Of a stretch of 64,000 bases of DNA, positions 49,901 to 62,350 are shown one piece after another. This stretch comes from Phyllobates terribilis. Lineage: Eukaryota. The stretch is taken from assembly GCF_046119375.1 (NCBI RefSeq), contig NW_027362768.1, positions 386,570,001-386,634,000 on the forward strand, written 5' to 3'. The position numbers and the translations under genes are program-made. The notes beneath the pieces were generated by a model. The model was given only the letters and a program-made list of their open reading frames with translations, was not told the DNA's origin and did no database searches. Numbering within the stretch: the stretch's first letter is position 1; each line of letters begins with the position of its first letter.

Positions 49901-51490
49901 CTAATCCTGCGGCCCCGTAGTTTTCTCTCCTCCTCTGTGTCCGTCTTCCCCTCGGCCCCTTAGTTTTCTCTCCTCCTCTGTGTCCGTCTTCTCCGCGGCC
50001 CCGTAGTTTTCTCTCCTCCTCTGTGTCCGTCTAATCCTGCTGCCCCGTAGTTTTCTCTCCTCCTCTGTGTCCGTCTAATCCTGCGGCCCCGTAGTTTTCT
50101 CTCCTCCTCTGTGTCCGTCTTCCCCTCGGCCCCGTAGTTTTCTCTCCTCCTCTGTGTCCGTCTTCTCCGCGGCCCCGTAGTTTTCTCTCCTCCTCTGTGT
50201 CCGTCTTCCCCGCGGCCCCGTAGTTTTCTCTCCTCCTCTGTGTCCGTCTTCCCCGCGGCCCCGTAGTTTTCTCTCCTCCTCTGTGTCCGTCTTCTCCGCG
50301 GCCCCGTAGTTTTCTCTCCTCCTCTGTGTCCGTCTTCCCCGCGGCCCCGTAGTTTTCTCTCCTCCTCTGTGTCCGTCTTCTCCGCGGCCCCGTAGTTTTC
50401 TCTCCTCCTCTGTGTCCGTCTTCTCCGCGGCCCCGTAGTTTTCTCTCCTCCTCTGTGTCCGTCTTCTCCGCGGCCCCGTAGTTTTCTCTCCTCCTCTGTG
50501 TCCGTCTTCCCCGCGGCCCCGTAGTTTCCTCTCCTCCTCTGTGTCCGTCTTCTCCGCGGCCCCGTAGTTTTCTCTCCTCCTCTGTGTCCGTCTTCTCCGC
50601 GGCCCCGTAGTTTTCTCTCCTCCTCTGTGTCCGTCTTCCCCGCGGCCCCGTAGTTTTTTCTCCTCCTCTGTGTCCGTCTTCCCCTCGGCCCCGTAGTTTT
50701 TTCTCCTCCTCTGCGTCCGTCTTCTCCTCGGCCCCGTAGTTTTTTCTCCTCCTCTGTGTCCGTCTTCCCCTCGGCCCCGTAGTTTTCTCTCCTCCTCTGT
50801 GTCCGTCTTCCCCTCGGCCCCGTAGTTTTTTCTCCTCCTCTGCGTCCGTCTTCCCCTCGGCCCCGTAGTTTTTTCTCCTCCTCTGTGTCCGTCTTCCCCT
50901 CGGCCCCGTAGTTTTCTCTCCTCCTCTGTGTCCGTCTTCCCCTCGGCCCCGTAGTTTTTTCTCCTCCTCTGCGTCCGTCTTCCCCTCGGCCCCGTAGTTT
51001 TTTCTCCTCCTCTGTGTCCGTCTTCCCCGCGGCTCCGTAGTTTTCTCTCCTCCTCTGCGTCCGTCTTCCCCTCGGCCCCGTAGTTTTTTCTCCTCCTCTG
51101 TGTCCGTCTTCCCCGCGGCCCCGCAGTTTTCTCTCCTCCTCTGTGTCCGTCTTCCCCGCGGCCCCGTAGTTTTCTCTCCTCCTCTGTGTCCGTCTTCCCC
51201 TCGGCCCCGTAGTTTTCTCTCCTCCTCTGTGTCCGTCTTCCCCTCGGCCCTGTAGTTTTCTCTCCTCCTCTGTGTCCGTCTTCCCCGTGGCCCCGTAGTT
51301 TTCTCTCCTCCTCTGTGTCCGTCTTCCCCGCGGCCCCGTAGTTTTCTCTCCTCCTCTGCGTCCGTCTTCCCCTCGGCCCCGTAGTTTTCTCTCCTCTGTG
51401 TCCGTCTTCCCCTCGGCCCCGTAGTTTTCTCTCCTCCTCTGTGTCCGTCTTCCCCTTGGCCCCTCAGTTTTCTCTCCTCCTCCTCCTCCT
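43905..51490. repeat. 7.6-kb pyrimidine-rich 41-47-bp satellite with higher-order duplication
   Basis: Unit CCCCGTAGTTTTCTCTCCTCCTCTGTGTCC(A/G)TCT(AAT/TCC)CC(T/C)GCGG and variants. Confidence 0.97.
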
Positions 51491-52769
51491 CCTCTGTGCC
51501 TGTCTTCCTGCCGCCCCGTCCCTCCCCCTCCATCAGGAATCGCTCACTGTTGCCAGTTCTTAGAATCTAGGGTGACAAAGTCCCGGCCGTCCTGCAGATC
51601 TTTCCAGGAATTCAGCAATGAATGATGAGGGTGTAAATTGTCTGACTTTCCCTGATGTCTCGTATGATGGTGTCTGCTCTGTGGATTGTCAGCTCTGTGG
51701 TCGAGGCTTTTCCTGCTCGGTCCCTTTTGTACAATTCTCTGGACGGACGGCAGGAATCTCTATTTTTTTATTCCGTGCTATGAATCTGTTCAGTTTCGAT
51801 CTTCATTGTGTAAAACGCCCGAGTCATTGATCTCCATGTGCTTCACGACCTCCGCTTGCTGTCAGTAAATGGAAACCTCCTGTCTGCGGGGCTTTACCTT
51901 CCCTTGAGCAGTGGATTTTGAGCCTTTTGCTTGTAGGCCAGTCTCTGACAGCAAGCAGAGATCTTAATGATGGAAGGTGAAAATGTAAAAAATATTATAA
52001 AGTTGCAGAACTTTTTTTACATTTTTTTTAATAATGTCAGATTGGAATTTTTTTTGGGGGGGTGGAAATTAAGACACAGATTATCTGCCGCTTAGCACTG
52101 ACTTTTAGACTGTAGTGTCTTTCATTGCTGCCTGGGAAATCGGATGGATCAGCGGTGACGACTCCCGCTGATCAGTACGAGGCGGATATAATGTAACTCA
52201 GCGTTGGATACAATGGTAAGCGCCTTATAACCATGGCAACGGAAATATAAAATATCCGCTAAAAGCCCACGCTGCGACGTACAGAGATTATTATAGGGGT
52301 CTGTGATAAAGGGATATACAAGAATGTCCGTCAGAGGTTGCACAGATTTGGCCTTCACACTAATCAATCACTAGCAACATCCGGGCCTGATCGCACAGAA
52401 AGTCTTGATAGTCCGGCACTTTGTGATCGTCATATGTCAGATATTATAGGACGGCACTTTATATTGTGGTTCGTCATCTCAGAAGCCCCTCACCCTGAAG
52501 AGAAGACCCTCGCTCCAATAATACCTGTCCCGGGAGGTGATTCTATATGATCCGGAGCAGATGTGTGTGAGCAGGGATTCCAGGAAACCCCGTACCGGGC
52601 GTCCTTAAGGGAATTGCAGACCCTGGACTCGGCAGAAGAGGGGATTTGTTTGGCAGATTCCTGACTGCGGAGAATTCCATCTTTCCAGTGAATGTTTATG
52701 ATCTAAAAGAATTTCTGTAAAATGGATAAATTTATAAATTCATGGAAAAGTAAAGATGGAAAAAATCAG

Positions 52770-55655
52770 CGGCCGGCAGCGGAGGTCCGCAACCGAACAC
52801 CGCACCCCCTACACAGGAGAATGGGGGGAGATCAGATCCACAGAAGAGATCAGAACCCGACTCGTCAGATCTCACCCCGATTCCTGAGAATCCAGGACAC
52901 CAAATGTGGCAGCGGAGGTCCGCAACTGAGCACCGCACCCCCTACAGAGGAGAATGGGCGGAGATCAAATCCACAGAAGAGATCAGAACCCGACTCGTCA
53001 GATCTCATCCCGATTCCTGAGAATCCAGGACACCAAATGTGGCAGCGGAGGTCCGCAACTGAGCACCGCACCCCCTACAGAGGAGAATGGGCGGAGATCA
53101 AATCCACAGAAGAGATCAGAACCCGACTCGTCAGATCTCACCTTGATTCCTGAGAATGCAGGACACCAAATGTGGCAGCGGAGGTCCGCAACCAAGCACC
53201 GCAACCCCTACACAGGAGAATGGGGGGAGATCAGATCCACAGAAGGGATCAGAACCCGACTCGTCAGATCTCACCCCGATTCCTGAGAATCCAGGACACC
53301 AAATGTGGCAGCGGAGGTCCGCAACCAAGCACCGCAACCCCTACACAGGAGAATGGGGGGAGATCAGATCCACAGAAGGGATCAGAACCCGACTCGTCAG
53401 ATCTCACCCCGATTCCTGAGAATCCAGGACACCAAATGTGGCAGCGGAGGTCCGCAACCAAGCACCGCACCCCCTACACAGGAGAATGGGGGGAGATCAG
53501 ATCCACAGAAGGGATCAGAACCCGACTCGTCAGATCTCACCCCGATTCCTGAGAATCCAGGACACCAAATGTGGCAGCGGAGGTCTGCAACTGAGCACCG
53601 CACCCCCTACACAGGAGAATGGGGGGAGATCAGATCCACAGAAGAGATCAGAACCCGACTCGTCAGATCTCATCCCGATTCCTGAGAATCCAGGACACCA
53701 TATGTGGCAGCAGAGGTCCGCAACCGAGCACCACACCCCCTACACAGGAGAATGGGGGGAGATCAAATCCACAGAAGAGATCAGAACCCGACTCGTCAGA
53801 TCTCATCCCGATTCCTGAGAATCCAGGACACCAAATGTGGCAGCGTAGGTCCGCAACCGAGCACCACACCCCCTACACAGGAGAATGGGGGGAGATCAGA
53901 TCCACAGAAGAGATCAGAACCCGACTCGTCAGATCTCACCTCGATTCCTGAGAATCCAGGACACCAAATGTGGCAGCGGAGGTCCGCAACCAAGCACCGC
54001 ACCCCCTACACAGGAGAATGGGGGGAGATCAGATCCACAGAAGGGATCAGAACCCGACTCGTCAGATCTCACCCCGATTCCTGAGAATCCAGGACACCAA
54101 ATGTGGCAGCGGAGGTCCGCAACCAAGCACCACACCCCCTACACAGGAGAATGGGGGGAGATCAGATCCACAGAAGGGATCAGAACCCGACTCGTCAGAT
54201 CTCACCCCGATTCCTGAGAATCCAGGACACCAAATGTGGCAGCGGAGGTCTGCAACTGAGCACCGCACCCCCTACAGAGGAGAATGGGGGAGATCAAATC
54301 CACAGAAGAGATCAGAACCCGACTCGTCAGATCTCACCTTGATTCCTGAGAATCCAGGACACCAGATGTGGCAGCGGAGGTCCGCAACCGAGCACCGCAC
54401 CCCCTACAGAGGAGAATGGGGGGAGATCAGATCCACAGAAGGGATCAGAACCCGACTCGTCAGATCTCATCCCGATTCCTGAGAATCCAGGACACCATAT
54501 GTGGCAGCAGAGGTCCGCAACCGAGCACCACACCCCCTACACAGGAGAATGGGGGGAGATCAAATCCACAGAAGAGATCAGAACCCGACTCGTCAGATCT
54601 CATCCCGATTCCTGAGAATCCAGGACACCAAATGTGGCAGCGTAGGTCCGCAACCGAGCACCACACCCCCTACACAGGAGAATGGGGGGAGATCAGATCC
54701 ACAGAAGAGATCAGAACCCGACTCGTCAGATCTCACCTCGATTCCTGAGAATCCAGGACACCAAATGTGGCAGCGGAGGTCTGCAACCGAGCACCGCAAC
54801 CCCTACACAGGAGAATGGGCGGAGATCAAATCCACAGAAGAGATCAGAACCCGACTCGTCAGATCTCATCCCGATTCCTGAGAATCCAGGACACCAAATG
54901 TGGCAGCGGAGGTCCGCAACCGAGCGCCGCACCCCCTACACAGGAGAATGGGGGGAGATCAAATCCACAGAAGAGATCAGAACCCGACTCGTCAGATCTC
55001 ATCCCGATTCCTGAGAATCCAGGACACCAAATGTGGCAGCGGAGATCCGCAACTGAGCACCGCACCCCCTACAGAGGAGAACGGGGGGAGATCAGATTGA
55101 CAGAAGAGATCAGAACCCGACTCATCAGATCTCACCCCGATTCCTGAGGATCCAGGACACCAAATGTGGCAGCGGAGGTCTGCAACCGAGCACCGCACCC
55201 CCTACAGAGGAGAACGGGGGGAGATCAGATTGACAGAAGAGATCAGAACCCGACTCGTCAGATCTCACCCCGATTCCTGAGAATCCAGGACACCAAATGT
55301 GGCAGCGGAGGTCTGCAACCGAGCACTGCACCCCCTACAGAGGAGAACGGGGGGAGATCAAATCCACAGAAGAGATCAGAACCCGACTCGTCAGATCTCA
55401 TCCCGATTCCTGAGAATCCAGGACACCAAATGTGGCAGCGGAGGTCTGCAACCGAGCACTGCACCCCCTACAGAGGAGAACGGGGGGAGATCAAATCCAC
55501 AGAAGAGATCAGAACCCGACTCGTCAGATCTCATCCCGATTCCTGAGAATCCAGGACACCAAATGTGGCAGCGGAGGTCTGCAACCGAGCACCGCACCCC
55601 CTACACAGGAGAATGGGGGGAGATCAGATTGACAGAAGGGATCAGAACCTGACCG
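52770..55655. repeat. 133-bp satellite, about 21-22 copies
   Basis: ORF starts are spaced 133 bp apart (one 132-bp unit); unit contains GATCAGAACCCGACTCGTCAGATCTCACCCCGATTCCTGAGAATCCAGGACACCAAATGTGGCAGCGGAGG. Confidence 0.97.
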
Positions 55656-56309
55656 GTCTTCTGCTGCTCCAAATCCGATTTCTGAGAATCTGCCAGTGGA
55701 GGAAACTTTGGGAAGGCCGAGGGGCAGCCCCTGTGGTGGCTACAACTGCTGGTGACTGGAGAATGATTTGAGCCTGGTTCACCTGGCTGATAACAGAGAA
55801 CAATAGTCTGCACTCATGTTCACAGCAGATGGAGAGGACAGACTGACATTTAAAGGAACATACACTAATGAGTTTGTCTCTTGGCATCTGCCCCCTAATC
55901 CTGAAACTAAGGGTCCTGGTCCCTGTTCCTCACACATGGGGGGCGCTCTCTCCGCTATCCCATGTGCATTGACTGGAGGGGGCACGGCCGCTTCTCAAGG
56001 GGCACTTCAGAACCCCACAATTGGGATTATTGAGGGTCCCAGCGGTCGGACCCCCATCGATCAGCAAGGGTCCAAGGCGGGAGTTTAAGTCTGGCTCCGC
56101 ACACAACATCCTTGTGGCTGTGGATTGTTTCGGGTGCTTTCCCCACAGGCTTCTCTATAGGACTCGCATACAAAAGTCCAGATCACAAGCCCCAGCAGAT
56201 CAGGAGTTAAATCCACCGTTTTTTGCGCTGATACATTGTATCTATAGATTTTTGGTGGTGCTTCCGCTGCCCTTCACCCCGCGTCCCGCTGACACATTAT
56301 TGGAGGCTT

Positions 56310-56730
56310 TGTGTCAGTTCCCAGGAAATCAGGAGGGATTTTCCGAGCCTCGGTTTTCCTAGGAAGAGGAACCTGCCAGCGCTGTGATTGGCTGCGCGCC
56401 GCTCCCAGGCTCCGCCCACGGCTTTATCAGGATTTCTTAGAAAGGGCCTAGTTCCAGAGAAATGCAGAGGAGGAGGGTGGGGGTTGTGATCCGCAGAGCT
56501 CGCAGCCGCCTGCACTCATGACGTTTTCTGTGGAACTCGCTTTCTGCTACTTCGAGCCGCCGCCGCCGTCGTGTGTAAATGACATATACCTGACGTGACA
56601 AACAGCCGGAGGTACCGCAGGAGCACCGCAGAGCAATGCCGACTCCGCACATAGTCTGCCTCTAAGCAAAGGGATTCCAGAAAACCTCTCCAGATGTTAT
56701 TCCTGCTTCTAGGAAAGTTGGGTGACAACC
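56310..56730. promoter_or_regulatory. Putative enhancer-like element with clustered STAT motifs, 3' of CISH
   Basis: TTCTTAGAA 56434, TTCTAGGAA 56707, TTC-N4-GAA at 56318, 56356 and 56452, CCAAT about 56386, GC box about 56411, TGACGTGA 56591; CpG-rich. Confidence 0.5.
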
Positions 56731-57904
56731 TGTACTACCACAGTTATTACAGCTCAGGTCATCAGCCAGCTACCTGTGCGAGGGGCATCACCGGGCGGGG
56801 GCAGGGGGCCGCAGAAAGCCGGGGACCCACAAACAGCGGGCACGACTGGTGCATCTGCCCGGGTACCGCTATACGTGACCGGATGGGTGACTACAATCTA
56901 TTACTCCCTGTTATCAGCCATTACTGTGGGAGGGGACTGTACACTCTATTACTCCTCTTATAATGCCTCTGTACTGTTATAAGCTCGGGCTTTTGGGTTA
57001 TTGTCCCTTTAATTCCTGGACAGGAGCGCACGGACGGATCCTCCAGTTCTGACTGCAGCCGTGTTAGCCGGGCCCCCTGATTAGGTGGGGCCCCTGATTA
57101 GCCGGGGGCCCCTGATTAGCCGGGCTGTGTGAGGAGCGGTTTTGTGGTGCCCCGATCTGCGCCGTCTCTCTGCCTCCTGCTTCTGTCTCTGCTCAGATTC
57201 TCAGAAATCCTGTGACGAGCGTTTCCTGGTAAACCCTGTGTTCTGCAGAGGACGAGGGTGGGGAGAGAAGTCTCAGAAATATTTGTGTGTCTGTAAAGTG
57301 TAACCCTGCCCGGCGGCTGAATGCAGAGAACATCTACCGGAGGAATAATTGGCAGCGGAGAGTGTGGAAGAATACAGGTTTACATGGGGGAGAGACGGCG
57401 ATATACGACCGGTGATAACGCCACGTCACCGCCATCCCTCCAACATCACCCAAAAAAGTCAGGGAGATAAGAGCCAAGCTAGAGACCCCTCCTAAGCCAG
57501 AGGGGGCACATGAACCGACACCTGCACCGACAGGGCACAAGAACCATAGAACAGCTTCTTGTAGATGGGGCTTAGTAATTTTGGTGATTCCTATTGTCTG
57601 GGGTGGGATAACATCTCTTATGGAGGAAATCCAGTGAGCTTTTACTTCCCATGGATCATTGCCTGTAAATGAGTCTATATACACCGCAGTGGGTGTCCGT
57701 GCCCCCCTGAGTCATGGTGTACTATGGCACTCACTAATAGCGGCATTATACCAGAGTATTCTATAATAAGGGCACTATACTAAGTATAGTATACGTAAGG
57801 GCACTTTATACAAGGGTATTCTCTAACCGGGGCAATCCATAACAGGGTACACTCCTGAGAAAAAATACTGACAAAATACTGATAGTGGGGCCGTGGAGTA
57901 TAGG

Positions 57905-58830
57905 GTCACTCTATACCAGGGTACTCTCTAATAGGGGCACTCTATACCAGGGTACTCTCTAATAGGGGCACTATATACCAGGGTACTCTAATAGGGGCAC
58001 TATATACCAGGGTACTCTCTAATAGGGGCACTCTATACCAGGGTACTCTCTAATAGGGGCACTATATACCATGGTACTCTCTAATAGGGGCACTCTATAC
58101 CAAGGTACTCTCTAATAGGGGCACTATATACCAGGGTACTCTCTAATGGGGGCACTATGTACCAAGGTACTCTCTAATAGGGGCACTCTATACCATGGTA
58201 CTCTCTAATTGGGGCACTCTATACCAGGGTACTCTCTAATAGGGGCACTCTATACCATGGTACTCTCTAATTGGGGCACTCTATACCAGGGCACTCTCTA
58301 ATAGGGGCACTCTATACCAGGGCACTCTCTAATAGGGGCACTCTATACCAGGGTACTCTCTAATAGGGGCACTCTATACCAGGGTACTCTCTAATAGGGG
58401 CACTATATACCAGGGTACTTTCTAATAGGGGCACTATATACCAGGGTACTCTCTAATGGGGGCACTCTATACCAGGGTACTCTCTAATGGGGGCACTCTA
58501 TACCAGGGTACTCTCTAATAGGGACACTCTCTATACCAGGGTACTCTCTAATAGGGACACTCTCTATACCAGGGTACTCTCTAATAGGGGCACTCTATAC
58601 CAGGGTACTCTCTAATGGGGGCACTCTATACCAGGGTACTCTCTAATGGGGGCACTCTATACCAGGGTACTCTCTAATGGGGGCACTCTATACCAGGGTA
58701 CTCTCTAATAGGGGCACTCTATACCAGGGTACTCTCTAATAGGGGCACTCTATACCAGGATACTCTCTAATAGGGGCACTCTATACCAGGATACTCTCTA
58801 ATAGGGGCACTCTATACCAGGATACTCTCT
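57905..58830. repeat. 31-bp minisatellite, about 30 copies
   Basis: Unit CTATACCAGGGTACTCTCTAATAGGGGCACT. Confidence 0.96.
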
Positions 58831-59828
58831 ATTGGGAGCATATTATACTATGGCACTCTCTCGTTGCGGCACTCCCTCGTGGACACTCTCTTTCTACATC
58901 CCTGTATGGATTATGTCTGTGGTTTTGCAGTAATCACAGGACGTCTGATTTGCTGTTCAGGGTCCTGGGAAAGCTGAGTATTGTTCCTGTATACAGGACC
59001 TCTGCAGAGTAATGCTGCTTCCCATGATGCATTGCTGTACAGTTAGAGGAGTTTTCGCTGGATCTTCCTCTTGCCACGGCCCCCTGGCACCCCAGATTTA
59101 TGCCCCCTGGCGCTGAGCAATCACAGCTTTACTAGGATCAGTGGATCTGCAGCGATTACAGGAGATTCTCCGTATAAATGATCCAGTGAAAGTCTCCGGG
59201 CCGAGCGACTAACGAGCCCGAGGGCAACCAGTGCAGCTGAACATCACAAACCTGAAAGGGTTAAAGACATAGTATCAGGTGAAGGCAGGGAGCGACACAT
59301 TGTTTCACCTCATTTCCTTTTTTTAAAGTGAGTTAACCCTTAGTGGTGCAGAGAAAACAATCATTTTCCATCTGTCTTTCATGTTTGCATTGCAGCTGAA
59401 GGATTCCTCTGGCTGCTCCTTTAAGTGAACTGCGCTCGTACTTTCCTCAGTAACGTCTTCTGCTACAGTGTGAACAGCTCCGTATAGTGTAGTAATATGG
59501 AATATACCGCACTAATGTACAGCGGTTATATTAGGGAGCGGTTCCCCTTTAAATCTTCTATAATGTTACTAATGCCTCATATCTGTCTCTGGAAAAGCTG
59601 AATGACAACCAACATGGCCGCCATGATACATCTTTCCCAGACTCCTGAATGTTGCCTGCACGTTTGCCATTCAGGGCTGTAGGAAAGTTGAGTGTCGGCC
59701 CTCGTGGTGATGGCCATACTGGTGGCCACCCAGTTTTCCCCAGTGCTAGAATGGACCTCAAGGACTTGATATAAGATGGAAGAGCCCTTTAAATAATCTC
59801 AGGACGGCCACGTTAGTAAGAAATCCTA

Positions 59829-59834
59829 TTTATT
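59829..59834 (-). terminator. Candidate CISH polyadenylation signal (AATAAA)
   Basis: First minus-strand AATAAA I found, about 370 nt after the stop; a UAUUUAUU AU-rich element lies at 60125-60132. A more distal site cannot be excluded. Confidence 0.4.
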
Positions 59835-60205
59835 GTCATCTCCAGCGTCCAGACGGAAAGATTCCTCCCCCGTCGTCACCACCAAACCACTAAAGTGCAG
59901 CTCTGCCGCCTTATCAGGGCACAGCAGAGGCATCCGCGGGGTCCGTCAGCGACTACGCCCACGGGGCACGTCCAGACAATGGCCGCCGCGCTCCACTGTA
60001 GAACGGGTATAATCCTCTGCTGGCACCAGTTCTGAGGGGGCAAGGGAAGCCCATCCTGGGGTAATCATCCACTGAAAGTATAAAACCCCCAGAAGTACAA
60101 ATAGTCGAGTGCGGGGGGCTTTATAATAAATAGGTCACTATATACAGTCTTGGACGCATGGCGGGAAGTACGTGTAAAAGAAATGTCAGTCCTGCCCTGC
60201 TAGGA

Positions 60206-62132
60206 TCAGAGCCTGAATGGGTACCGCTGCAGGTAGTCCACCACCCTGCGGGGCAGCGGCAGCTCTGTCAGGTCTGAGCCCGCCGGCACGCTGCGGTGTA
60301 TCTGTAGCCGGCACAGGTGCTGCAGACTCGGGCTTCCTGCGCTTCGATGCAGCGGTTGCAGGAGCTTGAGGTGCACGGCGGCCGGCTCTTTCGGGGAGGT
60401 GGGTGCGGGGGGCGACTGGCTGGCAGGGTCCTTGGAGCTCTCAGAGTTGCAGGACGAGACGTAATATTGCACCAGGCTGACGACGTCGGGGAAAGAGAGG
60501 ATCCGCGGCTTAGACAGCCAGTTAGAGTCCAGCCGGAAGAGACTGTCCGAGTACTCGATGCGAACGTTCGTAGGTCCGCGGTTCGTCCGGACGGATAAAG
60601 TAAAGAGGTAACTGGGGTGCGTACTGTCCCGCACCAGGAAGACGCCTTCTGGCATTATCTGGAGTCTCTGTTTGGCTTCTGTGGCGGTAATCGGCCCCCA
60701 ATACCAACCTGAAAGGGGGAGAGAAAGAGACAACTTGTAGGAACCTCAAAATTAAGATCATCAACCCCAAACTCCCCGGACATAAAACTCCCAGCGTCTT
60801 CTGTCCCGCTGTTAAATGTCTAAATTACGGCACTTCTGTCCAGTTGTGGGAAAGCTGGGTGACCTCCATTATAGCAGCCGGCACAGGTCCTGTGGCGATG
60901 CCACTCAGCTTTCCCAGTTTCCTGAACAGCAGTGGATCATTTTGTAGTGATACTTTTCACTACTCCATTCCAGGCTCCCAATAAACTGCGTGACCTCCGT
61001 CCTGGGAGCCGAGTCTGGTACAACTAGGAAACCGTGCGACAGAAGACCCCCGCAGACTTTACAGCTCACAACCCAGTAAAATTAAAAAAAAAAAAAAAAT
61101 CCAGAAAAACATTCTGAAGTTTTGCAGTTCATACCAAAATTTTCTGAATTATTTCAGTTTTATCAGTCCAAAAGTTAATTTTAAAAAAAAAGTCCAGGAT
61201 TTTTGGGGTTAAACGCGGAGCTATTTTTTTTTTTGCAGAGCAAACTTTCTGCCATGTTCCATCTGACGCCATAGAAGTGGCAGCTCCAGGTCCAAACCCA
61301 TTCGTGTCTCGTTCCAGCTTTGTAAACGTGGCCGCTCGGGTCTATGAATATACAGAGAGATCTGGGAGCGTCGCGAGTGAGACCGCGGAGAAAAGCCGCC
61401 GTGAGGCTGAATATTTCTCGCGTTGTATTATTATTATTATTATTATTTTTTTGCCTCCGTCGGGTTAATGCGCCATTGTGAGCTAAACTCGTCCGGTGCC
61501 AGATGCCGCCGTGTACAGCCGATACCATCTCTGATCAGGGTGGGAGGACGAGGAGAAGTCGTTTGCCAGAAAAGTGTTACTTAAAGGGACACCCGATTTC
61601 TATGAATATATACACTTATAGAGAACCCCCCCCCCCCCATTAAAAGTTTTGCTCCGCTTCCAGTGTTTTTTGGGGTCTTACCGGATTCTCGGAGATAGCA
61701 GAACGTCTTGGCAATGCAGAGAAGATCTTCCTCTGGGTCCCTGTTGTTCTGGGGAGGTGGCGGCAGCCGCAGGGGCTCAGGCGTCCTTGGGGGCACCTCG
61801 GGTGCATTCAGTGGGTGCCCCGGACAGGTGGGAGGGTTCAGGGGGTGCATGACTTGGTCGGCTGCAAAGCCTGGGACCCCCACACAAGATGAAGGTCGAC
61901 AAACCCTTTGCTCTGCCAAGAGGCTCTGTGGGCTGGAGAATAGAGAGAAGTGTTAAACGGATGCAGGTGGAGAGGACCTTAGTGCATCAGAAGAAAAAAA
62001 CACATGACGTGCGGCGTCCTTCAGCGGAGCGACACAATAACCGGAGACGTCACGCTGTGTGTCCTGCGCTGCGGAATAGGGCGCCGCTATCGGAACAATG
62101 AACGTCTCTTACCTTCTCACACAAAGAATCAT
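60206..62132 (-). CDS. CISH: Cytokine-inducible SH2-containing protein (SOCS family), 257 aa; complement(join(60206..60708,61682..61932,62113..62132))
   Basis: MILCVR(S) | PQSLLAEQR...[19 protein letters not shown](G) | WYWG, SH2 domain [21 protein letters not shown] box SLQHLCRL...LPLP...YL..YPF. GT-AG boundaries and a 20-nt first coding exon; 774 nt in frame. Confidence 0.97.
61428..61446. repeat. (TAT)n microsatellite in CISH intron 2
   Basis: TATTATTATTATTATTATT, read directly. Confidence 0.85.
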
Positions 62133-62267
62133 ATCCGTCCAGGAAAAGCGGAAAGGCATGTGTGGCCCACCGCAGAGACCTCGGTACCAGGGAAAGGGAC
62201 GACGGTTCCGAAAAGCTGCGATTTGTCAGGTGCCGGCGCTCAGCGACTGCGTCCTCTCCGCGCTGCA

Positions 62268-62350
62268 GCTATATATAGTTGCATTGGGTGTGTGTTGTCC
62301 CAGCTTAAGAGCAGAACTCGGCTAATATATTTCCAAGAACTTTCCAGGAA
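62268..62350 (-). promoter_or_regulatory. CISH proximal promoter: TATA-like box plus a tandem pair of STAT5 GAS sites
   Basis: TATATATAG at about 62270; minus strand reads TTCCTGGAA-AG-TTCTTGGAA (62331-62350). A perfect CRE TGACGTCA lies further upstream at 62784-62791. Confidence 0.8.

Noticed and set aside
52722-55813. Periodic 66-126-aa ORFs in the 133-bp satellite as a tandem gene family
   Set aside because: The unit length is not a multiple of 3, so these ORFs are frame-walking artefacts.
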